Shown: positions 53,027-62,512 of the stretch, one piece after another
Layout: each line of letters opens with the position of its first letter
How positions within the stretch are numbered: position 1 is the stretch's first letter
Virus record (IMG/VR): IMGVR_UViG_3300049444_000130
Reading direction: 5' to 3' (one strand)
DNA from: a virus
Taxonomy: Duplodnaviria; Heunggongvirae; Uroviricota; Caudoviricetes
DNA: 64,000 nucleotides
Program-made: the position numbers and the translations under genes
The notes under the pieces: model-generated
The model's input: the letters and a program-made list of their open reading frames with translations, nothing else
Told to the model about the DNA's origin: nothing
The model's database searches: none

Positions 53027-55576
53027 ATGGTGGCGTGGACCCGGCGGGATTTCGAGGATGCCGATCCTTTTAGTGCATTGCTGCCCCATGGCCTGATCCT
53101 CGAAGAGACGGAGGGCACGGTCTTACTGTCCACGCCACGCTGGGGGCGCCCCGGTCTCGCGGTCGGCGGTGCCTGGGCGGTGGAACCACGCAATATCGAG
53201 GTGTGTGATGAGGCGGTGTGTCTGGACATGGCCCGGGCGCATGACAGCCTGTTACGCAGTCTGCCCCTGGGCAGTGCCCTGCAGGTACTGATGACGATCG
53301 CCCCGACGTGTGAGGTCCCGGGCTGGGAACGTCTCCGCGCGTCTGTGCGTCCTGCTGGCTGGCTGGCGCCGATCCTGGACGCACAGGGGACAGCCCTGGC
53401 GCAAGGTTTCCCCCATCACGACGGCGCCGCGCCTGGCCGCTTGCGGACCATTCGTACCCTCGTCACCTTCCGTCTGCCGGTCGGCGCTCTGGCGCCCAGT
53501 ATTCCCTTACTCCTCGACGCGCTGCTGAGCCTCCCCAGTCGCCAGAGTCAGGGACTGGCGGGCCGTATGCGGGCGGCCCTCGCGGAGACCGTCACCCAGC
53601 TTGGGGGCTATCGGGCCGGGATTGCGGAGACCCTGCGCGCGGCAGGCCATCAGGTCACCGCCCTCGATGGGGCCGGAGTGGGGCAGGCCCTCGCGGCGGC
53701 GCTCGATCCCTTGGGCGATATCCCCAGTGCGCTGGATGATGCCGTGCCGCTCAAGGAACAGGTCCTGACGCACGACGCCACCCGGCAGACCGGGGGCTGG
53801 ACGTTTGGCCAGGGGGAGACGGCCCTGACGGCCCGGGTGCTCTCCCTGCATCGCGCGCCGCCGCGCACCTATCCGGGCATGCTCAGTGCCCCACGGGCTC
53901 CCGAGGGCGCGCAACCCCTGGCCCTGTGGGACGCCTGGCCGGGAGCACTGACCCTCTGCGTGAACGTGGCGGTGATTGATCAGGGCAAAGAGCGGGATCG
54001 GCTGCGGTGGAAGCGGCACTTTGCGGTGCTCCAGGGCAAGAGCCTGGAGAATGCGGCGATTAAAGACGAACTCGATGGCCTCTTGCGCACGTTCTTTGTG
54101 AGTGGGGGCCACCTCTTCTGGACCCGTATCCACTGCGTGCTGTGGGGCGCAAACCCGCCGCGCCTCGCCCGGGGGGTGCAGGATGTCATTCGGGTAGGCC
54201 GGCGGCTCGACCTGGAGTGGGTGCCCGAGCCCACCCTCGGGAGTACGTTGTTCCTGCAAACGCTCCCGCTCGGGTTTGATCCCACCTGGCCCAGCGAGAA
54301 GACGTTGCGCCGTGAACGGCGGATTCCCGGTATCCATGTGGCGAATCTGTTGCCGCTCTATGGCGGGTTTCGGGGGACACCGACGGCGAGCGTCCTCTAC
54401 TTGAATCAGCGCGGGGAGAGCGTGGGGTTTGATCCGTTCGACAATGTCACCAATCCCCATATGGTGATCACCGGGATGAGTGGCGCGGGGAAGAGCTTCA
54501 CCGTCGGCCATCTGGCGCAACAGGTGTTGCCGCTGGGCGCCTCGATGGTGATTCTCGATCGCTTACCCAGCTACCAGGACTTGTGCGCGGTGTGGGACGG
54601 CACGTATCTCGCCATGAACTTTCAGATGCCCTTGTGTTTTAATCCCTTCTATGGTCCGCTCGATGCCGAGCATGTGGCCTTCCTGACTGCCGTGCTGGCC
54701 GAACTCGCCAGCGGGGGCACCGAACGGTTGAACCGCGAGGCCCTGAATGTGTTAGCGGATGCCGTGGCGTACTTTGCGCAGCGTTGGGAGCCGGCACGGG
54801 GGGAGCCACGGCTGGGCGTGTTTGTCGAGGAGGTGCTCCAGGATGGCGCCTTCAGTGCCAAGGATGCCCTGGCACGGCGGCTTGGGAAGTCGTTGGCCCG
54901 GAAATTGAGCATGTTTCACTCGCGCGGACCGTTTGCGGGCTTCTTTGATGGCCCCAACCAGCTCGCCCTGCACCCCACGCTGACCGTGGTCGAACTCTCC
55001 CAGCTCCGGGATGCGCCCGACTTGCAAGGCGGGCTGCTCTTCTGCCTTTTGCACTTACTCAAGGTGCATTTTGCCGCGCCAGAACGCCTGCATCAACGCA
55101 AGTTTTTCGTGAGTGACGAGACCTGGAGCTTGCTCAAACACCCCGCGACGGCGGAAGTCATTGAAGAAATTGCCCGGACGTATCGCAAGCTGCGGACGAG
55201 TGCGATCTTCCTCAGCCAGTATGCGGAGGACTTCAGCTCACCGGCGGGTCGCGTCATTCGGAAAGGCAGCCCGGTCACCCTCTTCCTCCAACAGGAACAG
55301 GAAGAACTGGCGGAGCTGACGGCGTTGCTCAAACTCTCGCCCGCCGAGCACGCTCTGCTCACGCAGGTGGGGCGTCATGCGGGCTGGAGTACCATGTATC
55401 TGCGCCTCCCGGCTCACACAGGGGGGCTCGTGCGGCTGATCCCGGATCGGTATACGGCGCTGCTGCTCGGGCAAGATGACCAGACCCGACGGCGGCGGGA
55501 TGCCGCGCTCGCCCAGACGGGTGGCAATATGCGAGCGGCGATGGCCCTGCTGCTGGCGGAGGAGCGCGATGCGTGA
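53027..55576 (+). CDS. traC: TraC (VirB4-family) T4SS ATPase
   Basis: 849 aa. Walker A VITGMSGAGKSF. Size and position match F TraC. Confidence 0.75.
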   Translation: MVAWTRRDFEDADPFSALLPHGLILEETEGTVLLSTPRWGRPGLAVGGAWAVEPRNIEVCDEAVCLDMARAHDSLLRSLPLGSALQVLMTIAPTCEVPGWERLRASVRPAGWLAPILDAQGTALAQGFPHHDGAAPGRLRTIRTLVTFRLPVGALAPSIPLLLDALLSLPSRQSQGLAGRMRAALAETVTQLGGYRAGIAETLRAAGHQVTALDGAGVGQALAAALDPLGDIPSALDDAVPLKEQVLTHDATRQTGGWTFGQGETALTARVLSLHRAPPRTYPGMLSAPRAPEGAQPLALWDAWPGALTLCVNVAVIDQGKERDRLRWKRHFAVLQGKSLENAAIKDELDGLLRTFFVSGGHLFWTRIHCVLWGANPPRLARGVQDVIRVGRRLDLEWVPEPTLGSTLFLQTLPLGFDPTWPSEKTLRRERRIPGIHVANLLPLYGGFRGTPTASVLYLNQRGESVGFDPFDNVTNPHMVITGMSGAGKSFTVGHLAQQVLPLGASMVILDRLPSYQDLCAVWDGTYLAMNFQMPLCFNPFYGPLDAEHVAFLTAVLAELASGGTERLNREALNVLADAVAYFAQRWEPARGEPRLGVFVEEVLQDGAFSAKDALARRLGKSLARKLSMFHSRGPFAGFFDGPNQLALHPTLTVVELSQLRDAPDLQGGLLFCLLHLLKVHFAAPERLHQRKFFVSDETWSLLKHPATAEVIEEIARTYRKLRTSAIFLSQYAEDFSSPAGRVIRKGSPVTLFLQQEQEELAELTALLKLSPAEHALLTQVGRHAGWSTMYLRLPAHTGGLVRLIPDRYTALLLGQDDQTRRRRDAALAQTGGNMRAAMALLLAEERDA

Positions 55577-56042
55577 TCCGCAGCCCGTCAAGGCGTTGTT
55601 CCTGCTGACGGTCCTCGCGGGCGTCGGCCTGGCCGCGTGGTGGGTGATCGGCCTGACGGCCAGCGAGCGGCTGGGGCACCTGGCGGCAGTGATGGTCCGG
55701 GAACACGTACCGACCGTCCCTCCCGAGGGGCTGTGGGAGCAGGCGGTGTGGCTTGTGACGCACCGCCTGACGCAACTCCAGGGCATGACGGGGGTGCTGC
55801 TCGTGGCGGTGCTGGGGGGGAGCGGGGAAGGGATCGCACGACGGCGGGTGGATGTCCTCGGGGGGTTCCTCTTGCGCCTCTGGACGGTCGGGGTCGTGGG
55901 GCTGGCCCTGCTCCCGGGCGCGGTGGCGGGGTATCTCCTGGCACCCTGGCCGCTGCCCGCGCGGGCAGCGGCCGGTGGCCTAGCAGGGCTGGTGGCCGTG
56001 AGTAGCTATGGCGTGGGAGCGGGAAGGCCATATGTACCCTAA
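55569..56042 (+). CDS. polytopic membrane protein (tra operon)
   Basis: ATG overlaps the traC stop. Four or more hydrophobic helices. Confidence 0.4.
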   Translation: MRDPQPVKALFLLTVLAGVGLAAWWVIGLTASERLGHLAAVMVREHVPTVPPEGLWEQAVWLVTHRLTQLQGMTGVLLVAVLGGSGEGIARRRVDVLGGFLLRLWTVGVVGLALLPGAVAGYLLAPWPLPARAAAGGLAGLVAVSSYGVGAGRPYVP

Positions 56043-56063
56043 GAATGTGAGAAGGGAGGAACC

Positions 56064-56288
56064 ATGACGTTTGAAGGCAAACACTTTACGCCAGACGAAT
56101 GGGACGTCTCGCCCGAGCGCAAGAAGCTGATGAGACAGCTCTGGGGGGCTCGGGTGGGCATGGGGGTGTGCTGGACTGCTATGAGCGGGCTCCTGCTGCT
56201 CGGCCCACGGCCCTGGAAGGAAAAGATCGCCTTGTGGATACTGGGAACCGTCTTGATGGTGTTTCCGTGGGGAGGGTACCGTCGATGA
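56064..56288 (+). CDS. small membrane protein
   Basis: 74 aa with two TM helices. Confidence 0.35.
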   Translation: MTFEGKHFTPDEWDVSPERKKLMRQLWGARVGMGVCWTAMSGLLLLGPRPWKEKIALWILGTVLMVFPWGGYRR

Positions 56289-56545
56289 CCACCCGCGAAT
56301 TGCTTGTTGACATGATCCAAGACCCACGCGTGCTCACCGAACGCGAAATTGACACGCTCTGGCGGCTCATCAACAATCCGTTTCAAGCGTTTGCGCTCCT
56401 TGCCCTCGTGAATGATGCTGACATCCGGGCCATTCATTGGGTGGCCCAGGCGCTTATCTCTTGTCCTGAGTTGCGCCCCTTTGCCCAGGGCTTGCAGGAT
56501 GGCATCCAACGGTATCTGCAAGCGCGCGCTGGGGGCGCTTCTTAG
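56285..56545 (+). CDS. small hypothetical protein
   Basis: ATGA overlap with the upstream gene. 86 aa. Confidence 0.3.
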   Translation: MTTRELLVDMIQDPRVLTEREIDTLWRLINNPFQAFALLALVNDADIRAIHWVAQALISCPELRPFAQGLQDGIQRYLQARAGGAS

Positions 56546-56557
56546 CGAAAGGCATGT

Positions 56558-57823
56558 ATGGGTACGCAACGACACAGGGTTGGGTGGGTGGTCTTGTTCC
56601 TCTTGGTGCCTTCCCTCGTCTCCGCCGATCTCTTCGACACGGCGCGCCAGGCCATCCGCACCGATGTAGGTCGGGCCGATAGCAGTGGTGTGAGCGTGCG
56701 CGGCGGGGCGGCGATCACCTCGGGCGTCACGGCGACCAGCGTGCCGCTCTTGCGGGGACAGCTCACCACCGGCGGCGGCTGCGGCGCGTTCTCGTTTGCG
56801 ACCAGCCTCACGCAAGTTTTCGAGGAAGTGCCGGAGTTACTCGAGGCCCTCGCCCAACAACTCGCGAATAACCTCCCCATGTTGGTGTTGTCGTATGCCT
56901 GCCCGACGTGCGTCGATCTGGTGAAGCATGTGCAAGCCCTCTCGAATGTGCTCGTGAACGCCCGCTTTGCCCAGTGCCAGGCGATGACCGCGGCGGCGCA
57001 GTATGGGGGCATGCGATTACGCGGTGGGGAAATTAGCCAGTGCCTGTCCGATGAGGTGGCCGCCGGCCATGGGATCAGCGCCGCCTTACGGACCTGCAAT
57101 GGCGACGTGACCGACGTGCGCTCGCCGACGGGCCGCCGGGCGCCCCGGGTCGAGGTGCTGGCCGAGACCCTGGACGCGGCAGGGGCCTCGCCTGAAACGC
57201 GCACCCTGGCCAAGAGCCTGCTGGGGGAACTCACGATGAGCGCCAACGGGGGGCAGCTTGGGACGCAGCAAGACCGGCCCAGTGCTGGGATGCTCGCGCG
57301 CTATGAGGCGAACCGGCTGGCCGCCGACACGGCATTACGCACCGCGATCGAGGAGCTGAAGACGACGGGCCAGGTGTCTGATGCGACCTTACGCGCGGTC
57401 TCAGTGCCCGGCCAACCGCTCCCCCGGGCGGCCCTGGATGCCCTCGTCGCCCTCCAGCAGGACCCCACGCGCTACGAGACGCTCCTCGGCAAGCTGAGTA
57501 CCGGGCTGGCCGTGACCCAGCTCACCTGGGAATGTGACGATCTCAAGAGCCAGCTCGCCGGATCAATCGAGAGCAATCAGGAGCTGACAGACGAGCAACG
57601 GCGCCTCCTCGAACGACGCTTAGAAGCCTTGGAGCGGGATCTGAAGCAGGTCATTGCCAAGAAAGACATAGTTGAAAAACACCTGCAACCCGCCTTGGAC
57701 GCGCTCTTGCAGGAGTACCAGGCGGTGCAGAGTGTGGCAACCCAAGCCGGATTCCGGGCGCCGGCGAAAGTGGGACCTGTGATGCCCTATCGGACACAGG
57801 GGCCAGGCGGATACGGGCAATAA
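56558..57823 (+). CDS. traH: TraH-like T4SS protein
   Basis: Signal peptide. GGGCGAFSFATSL parallels F TraH AGCGGIDAYLGSFSF. C-terminal coiled coil. Confidence 0.5.
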   Translation: MGTQRHRVGWVVLFLLVPSLVSADLFDTARQAIRTDVGRADSSGVSVRGGAAITSGVTATSVPLLRGQLTTGGGCGAFSFATSLTQVFEEVPELLEALAQQLANNLPMLVLSYACPTCVDLVKHVQALSNVLVNARFAQCQAMTAAAQYGGMRLRGGEISQCLSDEVAAGHGISAALRTCNGDVTDVRSPTGRRAPRVEVLAETLDAAGASPETRTLAKSLLGELTMSANGGQLGTQQDRPSAGMLARYEANRLAADTALRTAIEELKTTGQVSDATLRAVSVPGQPLPRAALDALVALQQDPTRYETLLGKLSTGLAVTQLTWECDDLKSQLAGSIESNQELTDEQRRLLERRLEALERDLKQVIAKKDIVEKHLQPALDALLQEYQAVQSVATQAGFRAPAKVGPVMPYRTQGPGGYGQ

Positions 57824-57864
57824 CACGTTATATTTGAAGCATTTATGTTGAATTGAGTGGGGGA

Positions 57865-57942
57865 AAATGGTAGAATAACGGGGTAGGGAGGAGCTGTAAC
57901 TCCTCCCGCCCCTAAACACACGCCTCTGAGAAGGAGAAGCGC
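57865..57942 (+). repeat. conserved HNH-cassette leader: AT-rich box + 13-bp-stem hairpin GGGGTAGGGAGGAG..CTCCTCCCGCCCC + GAAGGAG RBS (copy 1)
   Basis: About 80% identical to 61641..61720. Confidence 0.7.
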
Positions 57943-58563
57943 ATGTCTGACGAGCACCATACCACAGATCCCGACAGTTCCCAGAGACAAAAGATCAGCA
58001 AGCGTCTCGAATATGGGCCAAGAAGAAAGAAATATGGAGAGGGGAAATATGTCGCCCCTCGTAGTGATTTGAAACCAGGCGCAATTACTCGAAGAGAATG
58101 GTTGCGTTTTATGAGTTATGTTGAGGAAGGAAATACCTGTCTCTGCACTCCTGAAATTCCTCATCGTCATTGGGTATGGATTGGTGTTCGAACGAGAGAA
58201 GGCTATGGGAGATTTAGCTGGAGAGGACGAAACTATCTGGCCCATCGGTTTGCCTATATTGCTTTACGTAGCGTCATCATAGATGGTCTGGAGCCAGACC
58301 ATCTATGCCGAATGACGTGCTGTTGTAATCCAGATTGTATTGACATCGTATCGCCGCAAGTCAATAAATTGCGCGGCAAAGGCATTGCGGCGATGTGTGC
58401 ACGAAAAACACATTGTCTTAAGGGGCATCTTTTAGAAGGGCAAAACCTTCGTGCATGCAAACTCAAAAAAGGGTGGCGCGCCTGTCGTATATGCTTTAAC
58501 GAATCCCATCGAATAGCCAAACACCACAAAAAACAGGCGAAGGAGGGGCTATCGACTTTTTAA
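57943..58563 (+). CDS. HNH homing endonuclease (HNH_3 family)
   Basis: WVWIGVRTREGYGRFSWRGRNYLAHRFAYIAL...GLEPDHLCRMTCCCNPDCIDIVSPQVN. About 45% GC. Paralogue of 61715..62512. Confidence 0.75.
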   Translation: MSDEHHTTDPDSSQRQKISKRLEYGPRRKKYGEGKYVAPRSDLKPGAITRREWLRFMSYVEEGNTCLCTPEIPHRHWVWIGVRTREGYGRFSWRGRNYLAHRFAYIALRSVIIDGLEPDHLCRMTCCCNPDCIDIVSPQVNKLRGKGIAAMCARKTHCLKGHLLEGQNLRACKLKKGWRACRICFNESHRIAKHHKKQAKEGLSTF

Positions 58564-58565
58564 CG

Positions 58566-60026
58566 ATGAGTCTCCCGGAAGCAAGCTATCTCTTCTTGGG
58601 TTTGGCTTTGCAGAGCATTGTTCGTGCCTCTTCATTGCGCCACATCCCGCGTGTCATGGTTCTCATATGGACCCTCGTAATGTTGTGGCGCGCAGGTGGG
58701 CGCGCAGGGGGGTATCGCGCGGTGGTCGGCTATGTGGGGACGTCGCTGGTGCTCTGTGTGCTCTTCTGGCCCGAGGCGGTCCCGTATGGCCGGCTTCTGG
58801 TCCAGACAACGGCCCCAGAGCAAGTCGCCTCCTATGCGGCCAGTCAAGATCCGGGTGCGGAGATCGTGACCGCGGCAGACGCGGGCATGGTCCCAGAGAT
58901 GCTCACGCAACCGGTGCCCATTCCCCCCGGGCTGCGGCTGCTCCTCCGGGCCGTGACCCAAACCCCGCTGGCCCTCGCCCGGGGAATCAATCTGCAAGCC
59001 CATCGCCTGTTCGCCAATCTCATGCCGCTCGCGTGGTTTCTGGATGTCAGGCTGCCCGCTGACGCGACGGCGGCGATTGCCGATTTTGTCCACGGGTGCT
59101 ACATCCCCACGCTCCTCGAAATGCTCAATGGCCAGCCCGGGCGCACCAGCGAGGACCTCCTGCCCTTTGGCGACTCCCCCATGCGGCAACAGTTGGCCCT
59201 CCATTCCGTCATCCCCGGCGCCCAGAGTGGCTTGACCATGATCAGCGGCCCCAATGCGCGGAATCTCACGCCGTGTCATGTGTACCTCAGTGGGTTGGAA
59301 CTGAATGCCCAGCGCTGGCTCAGTGAGCTGCGCTCTCCGCGGGGGGTGCCGTACCTCGAACTCTTTGCCACGGAGCTGGGCCTCGACGCCCCCACGCAAG
59401 CGGCGATCCTGCTCTACCGGGAAATGCTGCACGCCGCGGGCCCGGGCGTGCCAGCTCCCAGCCTGGCGGCGCAGTATGCCACGTTACGCGGGGGGAGCGT
59501 GCTGGGCAGTGTGGTGGAAGGGACGGCCCTGGGAGCCGTCGGGGGCTGGGCTGGGGCAGGTTTTGGCGCCCTGACGGGGTTGGTGCGTGGCGTCAATGGC
59601 GAATGGCAGCGCAGCCTGGAGGGCCTGACCTGGCTGGTGCGGGTGGCCATGGCGCTGGTGTGGTATAGCCCGTATATTTTAGGCATGGTGAACATGGTCC
59701 TCGTGGGGCTGTTCCCCTTTCTGCTGCTCTGGGCGCTCCTGCCGGGGACGCAATTCGAGCCGTTGGCGCATTATTTCATGGCGCTGCTGTTTACGAGTTC
59801 GGCGCCCTTGTGGTTGGCGCTGGTGGACCAGGCTGCGCGCCTCGGCGCGCAGCAACCCCCTGCGGTCGAGGGCGCCATGGGGGCGGTCTGGAGCGTGTTT
59901 ATCACCACGGGGTTGTGGAGTGCCTCACTCACAGCGCTGGGGCTGCTGCTGATCCCATTGGTGTTAGCAATTTTGTACTTTGCTGCCTTTCGTGCGATTG
60001 GGCATTTGTGGCGAGGAGGAGTGTAG
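58566..60026 (+). CDS. polytopic membrane protein, TraG N-terminal-domain-like (mating-pair stabilisation)
   Basis: 486 aa with multiple TM helices flanking a periplasmic domain. Position after traH, as in F. Confidence 0.35.
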   Translation: MSLPEASYLFLGLALQSIVRASSLRHIPRVMVLIWTLVMLWRAGGRAGGYRAVVGYVGTSLVLCVLFWPEAVPYGRLLVQTTAPEQVASYAASQDPGAEIVTAADAGMVPEMLTQPVPIPPGLRLLLRAVTQTPLALARGINLQAHRLFANLMPLAWFLDVRLPADATAAIADFVHGCYIPTLLEMLNGQPGRTSEDLLPFGDSPMRQQLALHSVIPGAQSGLTMISGPNARNLTPCHVYLSGLELNAQRWLSELRSPRGVPYLELFATELGLDAPTQAAILLYREMLHAAGPGVPAPSLAAQYATLRGGSVLGSVVEGTALGAVGGWAGAGFGALTGLVRGVNGEWQRSLEGLTWLVRVAMALVWYSPYILGMVNMVLVGLFPFLLLWALLPGTQFEPLAHYFMALLFTSSAPLWLALVDQAARLGAQQPPAVEGAMGAVWSVFITTGLWSASLTALGLLLIPLVLAILYFAAFRAIGHLWRGGV

Positions 60027-60027
60027 G

Positions 60028-60219
60028 ATGCATCCTGTGGTGGCGAAGGTGGTGTTATGCAGTCCGATGCTGGCCCTCTTTGGGCTGGTGCTCGGGCTCT
60101 CGTGTCTCTTTCTGCGGACGTGCCCGGCCTGTAAGCGGCGGATTGCCCGCACGGCGACGAAGTGTCATTGGTGTCATACGTTGCAACCAGTGAGGGCACA
60201 GCGGGATCATGCCTTTTAA
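60028..60219 (+). CDS. small membrane protein with CxxC..CxxC zinc ribbon
   Basis: MHPVVAKVVLCSPMLALFGLVLGLSCLFLRTCPACKRRIARTATKCHWCH. Confidence 0.3.
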   Translation: MHPVVAKVVLCSPMLALFGLVLGLSCLFLRTCPACKRRIARTATKCHWCHTLQPVRAQRDHAF

Positions 60220-61519
60220 CCGTTGGCGAGGGCTCGTGCTCGGGCTTCTCCTAGCGCCGGGCTGCTGGGCACACGCGGGATCGGTGGAATTGCACTGGGA
60301 GTATGACCTCGCCTGGCAACGTGATACCACGTATCGGCTGCGCATCGTCACGCTCCAGGGCGGACGGCCCACGGCCAGCGAGCGCACCCTCGACCCCTTC
60401 ACCCCGCAGCAGTGTGCGCAGTCGCCTGACCCGGCCCGGACCCCCGACACGCTCTGTGGGACGGTGTGCCTGGAGCCGGGCGACTACACGCTGAGCCTCA
60501 CAGCGGTGCACCGAAGGCAGCAGAGTGCCCCAAGTAATCTGCTCGACGTGGACCTGACATCGAGCACCTCCTGTGTCCCAGGTGGGAGCGCCGCTCCGGT
60601 CTCTGCATCTCCCCCTGCGCCTCCCCGTCCGACCTCGTCAGCGGGGTCGGCAGGCGGCGGCCTGGCGGTGGGCGGGGCCGCGGCGGCGCTTCTAGCGGCG
60701 CAGCAACAGATACCCGGGCTGTTCGGGCTCCCGAATCTTGGCTGTGTGCAGTGGCTGCCCGTCGAACCGTGCGTCTGCCCCCCCTTCCTCCCGTGCACGC
60801 GCGTGACGTATATGGAACCGGCCTATATTGTCGAGGTCGTGCCCAAGCCAGGGGAGACCGTGGTGCCCCTCCTGGGCGGGTTGCTGCGGGAGGCGCTGGC
60901 GACGGTCGGCAGCCCGGCGCTCGGGGGCGGCGGCGCGGCAAACACGTCGGGGCCAACGAATCTCCATTACAACGAGGTGCATGTGTATGATTTTCCGAAC
61001 ATCTTCGGGGGCCCCTGTACGGGCTGTCTGCCCGGTGGTGGGCTCGCGCTGCACTATGCCAGTGAGCTGGACGCGGTGAGTTGGCGCACGGCGGCCATCA
61101 CGCCCACGCCCGTCGATCTCCTTCAGCAGATAGGGGTGTGGGGGCCGCTCTACCCCCGGGGAGGGAAAGTCATCCACGGGAGTGGGGTCATTGCCGGCGC
61201 ACTGGCCGCCGTGCGCGGCATGGATATCGCGCACCAGCCGATTGGCAGCCCGCCCCATGTGGATGCCCATGTGGTGCCGCTGCCGGCCCTCGGGCGGGCG
61301 GGCTGCCTGCAACTGGCCTATCCGAAGCAACTGCCCTGCATGGACCCGGGGGGGCCTCCGCCCCTCTGGGAAACCGGGACCACGAGCCTGAATGGCCGCT
61401 ATCTCTATATCGTCTGGCAGCGGCGCACGTGCTGTGTCCAGGTGCCGACCTGTGGCATTACCCTGCCAGGGATTGGGGGCTATGGGCAAAACCTGTGCGC
61501 GTTGTCCCTCGTACCGTAA
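60209..61519 (+). CDS. traU: TraU-family T4SS protein with N-terminal extension
   Basis: CVCPPFLP...TYMEPAYIVEVV parallels F TraU ICPAPPP...INYWEP. EVHVYDFPNIFGGP parallels HVHWYKYPLTYWLN. GCLPGGGLALHYASELD parallels GCLEGGDMDIAYLSEID. GRYLYIVWQRRTCC parallels FGYLMWRKRNCV. Confidence 0.7.
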   Translation: MPFNRWRGLVLGLLLAPGCWAHAGSVELHWEYDLAWQRDTTYRLRIVTLQGGRPTASERTLDPFTPQQCAQSPDPARTPDTLCGTVCLEPGDYTLSLTAVHRRQQSAPSNLLDVDLTSSTSCVPGGSAAPVSASPPAPPRPTSSAGSAGGGLAVGGAAAALLAAQQQIPGLFGLPNLGCVQWLPVEPCVCPPFLPCTRVTYMEPAYIVEVVPKPGETVVPLLGGLLREALATVGSPALGGGGAANTSGPTNLHYNEVHVYDFPNIFGGPCTGCLPGGGLALHYASELDAVSWRTAAITPTPVDLLQQIGVWGPLYPRGGKVIHGSGVIAGALAAVRGMDIAHQPIGSPPHVDAHVVPLPALGRAGCLQLAYPKQLPCMDPGGPPPLWETGTTSLNGRYLYIVWQRRTCCVQVPTCGITLPGIGGYGQNLCALSLVP

Positions 61520-61529
61520 GGAGAGGTGT

Positions 61530-61607
61530 ATGAAATGGCTTCCCCTCGTCCTCTGTCTGGCCGGGGGGCATGGCCAGAACACGTGTGCCTTGCCACCAAT
61601 ACCTTAA
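61530..61607 (+). pseudogene. 25-codon remnant of a signal-peptide gene start (MKWLPLVLCLAGG...), displaced by HNH cassette insertion
   Basis: An AAGGAGAGG RBS and ATGAAATGGCT.., similar to the start of 62509 (ATGAAGTGGCT..). Confidence 0.4.
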
Positions 61608-61640
61608 AGAATCAATAGGTTATATTGTGTAAAAACGGAC

Positions 61641-61714
61641 GAAATGGTATACTAACGGGGTAGGAAGGAGCTGAAACTCCCCCTACCCCTGAACACACGC
61701 AGCTACGAAGGAGC
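61641..61714 (+). repeat. conserved HNH-cassette leader (copy 2): hairpin GGGGTAGGAAGGAG..CTCCCCCTACCCC + GAAGGAG
   Basis: Paralogous to 57865..57942. Confidence 0.7.
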
Positions 61715-62512
61715 ATGCGCATGTCTAAAAGAAGACTTATCACAGATCCCTATTTCTCACAAACTGTTCTGTCTGGGAAAGGGCGGTTGCGTAGCCCAAA
61801 CAGAGCGGCGCCTGGGCAAGGAATGTACAAAGCACCGCGGAGCGACTTGCGGCCGGGCGCTGTCACACGACGGGAGTGGCTACGTTTTATGAGCTACATA
61901 CAAGAAGGGGAACAGTGTCTGTGTACTCCGGGCGTTTTTCATCGCCACTGGATATGGGGAGGCTGGCGGACCAAGCAGGGTTATGGGAGCTTCAGGTGGC
62001 GAGGAAGAATGTATCTCGCCCACCGTTTTGCGTGTATCGCTATGGGAAGGTCCATACCAAACGGACAAGAACCTGACCACCTCTGCCGGGTTACATATTG
62101 TTGTAACCCGGCTTGTATCGACGTCGTTCTTCAATCTGTCAACATTCTACGAGGCAGTGGTATCTGTGCGTGCCATGCACGCCAAACACATTGCAAATGG
62201 GGACATCTTTTAGAGGGAGACAATCTTCTTCCTGCCCCATGGATAGCGGAAGGGCATCGCATATGTCGTGCGTGTGCAAAAAAATCTAAGAGCGAACAAT
62301 GGGCACACAGAAGGGCGACTGTTGGCTCAGGTTCAATATGTCTTGTCATCGCTCAAAAAACGCATTGTAAGCGTGGGCACCTCTTCACAGAAGAGAATCT
62401 TGATCCTTACCTTCTCAAGCATGGTATTCGCAAGTGCCGTCGATGTAGAAATCTACAAATACAACGAGCCAAACAACGCAAAAAGCTCCAAGAAATGGAG
62501 GGCTCTGTATGA
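61715..62512 (+). CDS. HNH homing endonuclease (HNH_3 family), paralogue of 57943..58563
   Basis: HWIWGGWRTKQGYGSFRWRGRMYLAHRFACIAMGRSIPNGQEPDHLCRVTYCCNPACIDVV. Low GC. The stop overlaps the next ATG. Confidence 0.75.
   Translation: MRMSKRRLITDPYFSQTVLSGKGRLRSPNRAAPGQGMYKAPRSDLRPGAVTRREWLRFMSYIQEGEQCLCTPGVFHRHWIWGGWRTKQGYGSFRWRGRMYLAHRFACIAMGRSIPNGQEPDHLCRVTYCCNPACIDVVLQSVNILRGSGICACHARQTHCKWGHLLEGDNLLPAPWIAEGHRICRACAKKSKSEQWAHRRATVGSGSICLVIAQKTHCKRGHLFTEENLDPYLLKHGIRKCRRCRNLQIQRAKQRKKLQEMEGSV

Noticed and set aside
53070-54520. Antisense ORFs within traC (53070..53384 -, 53507..54520 -)
   Set aside because: Nested in an 849-aa Walker-A ATPase gene. Arg/Pro-rich artefacts.
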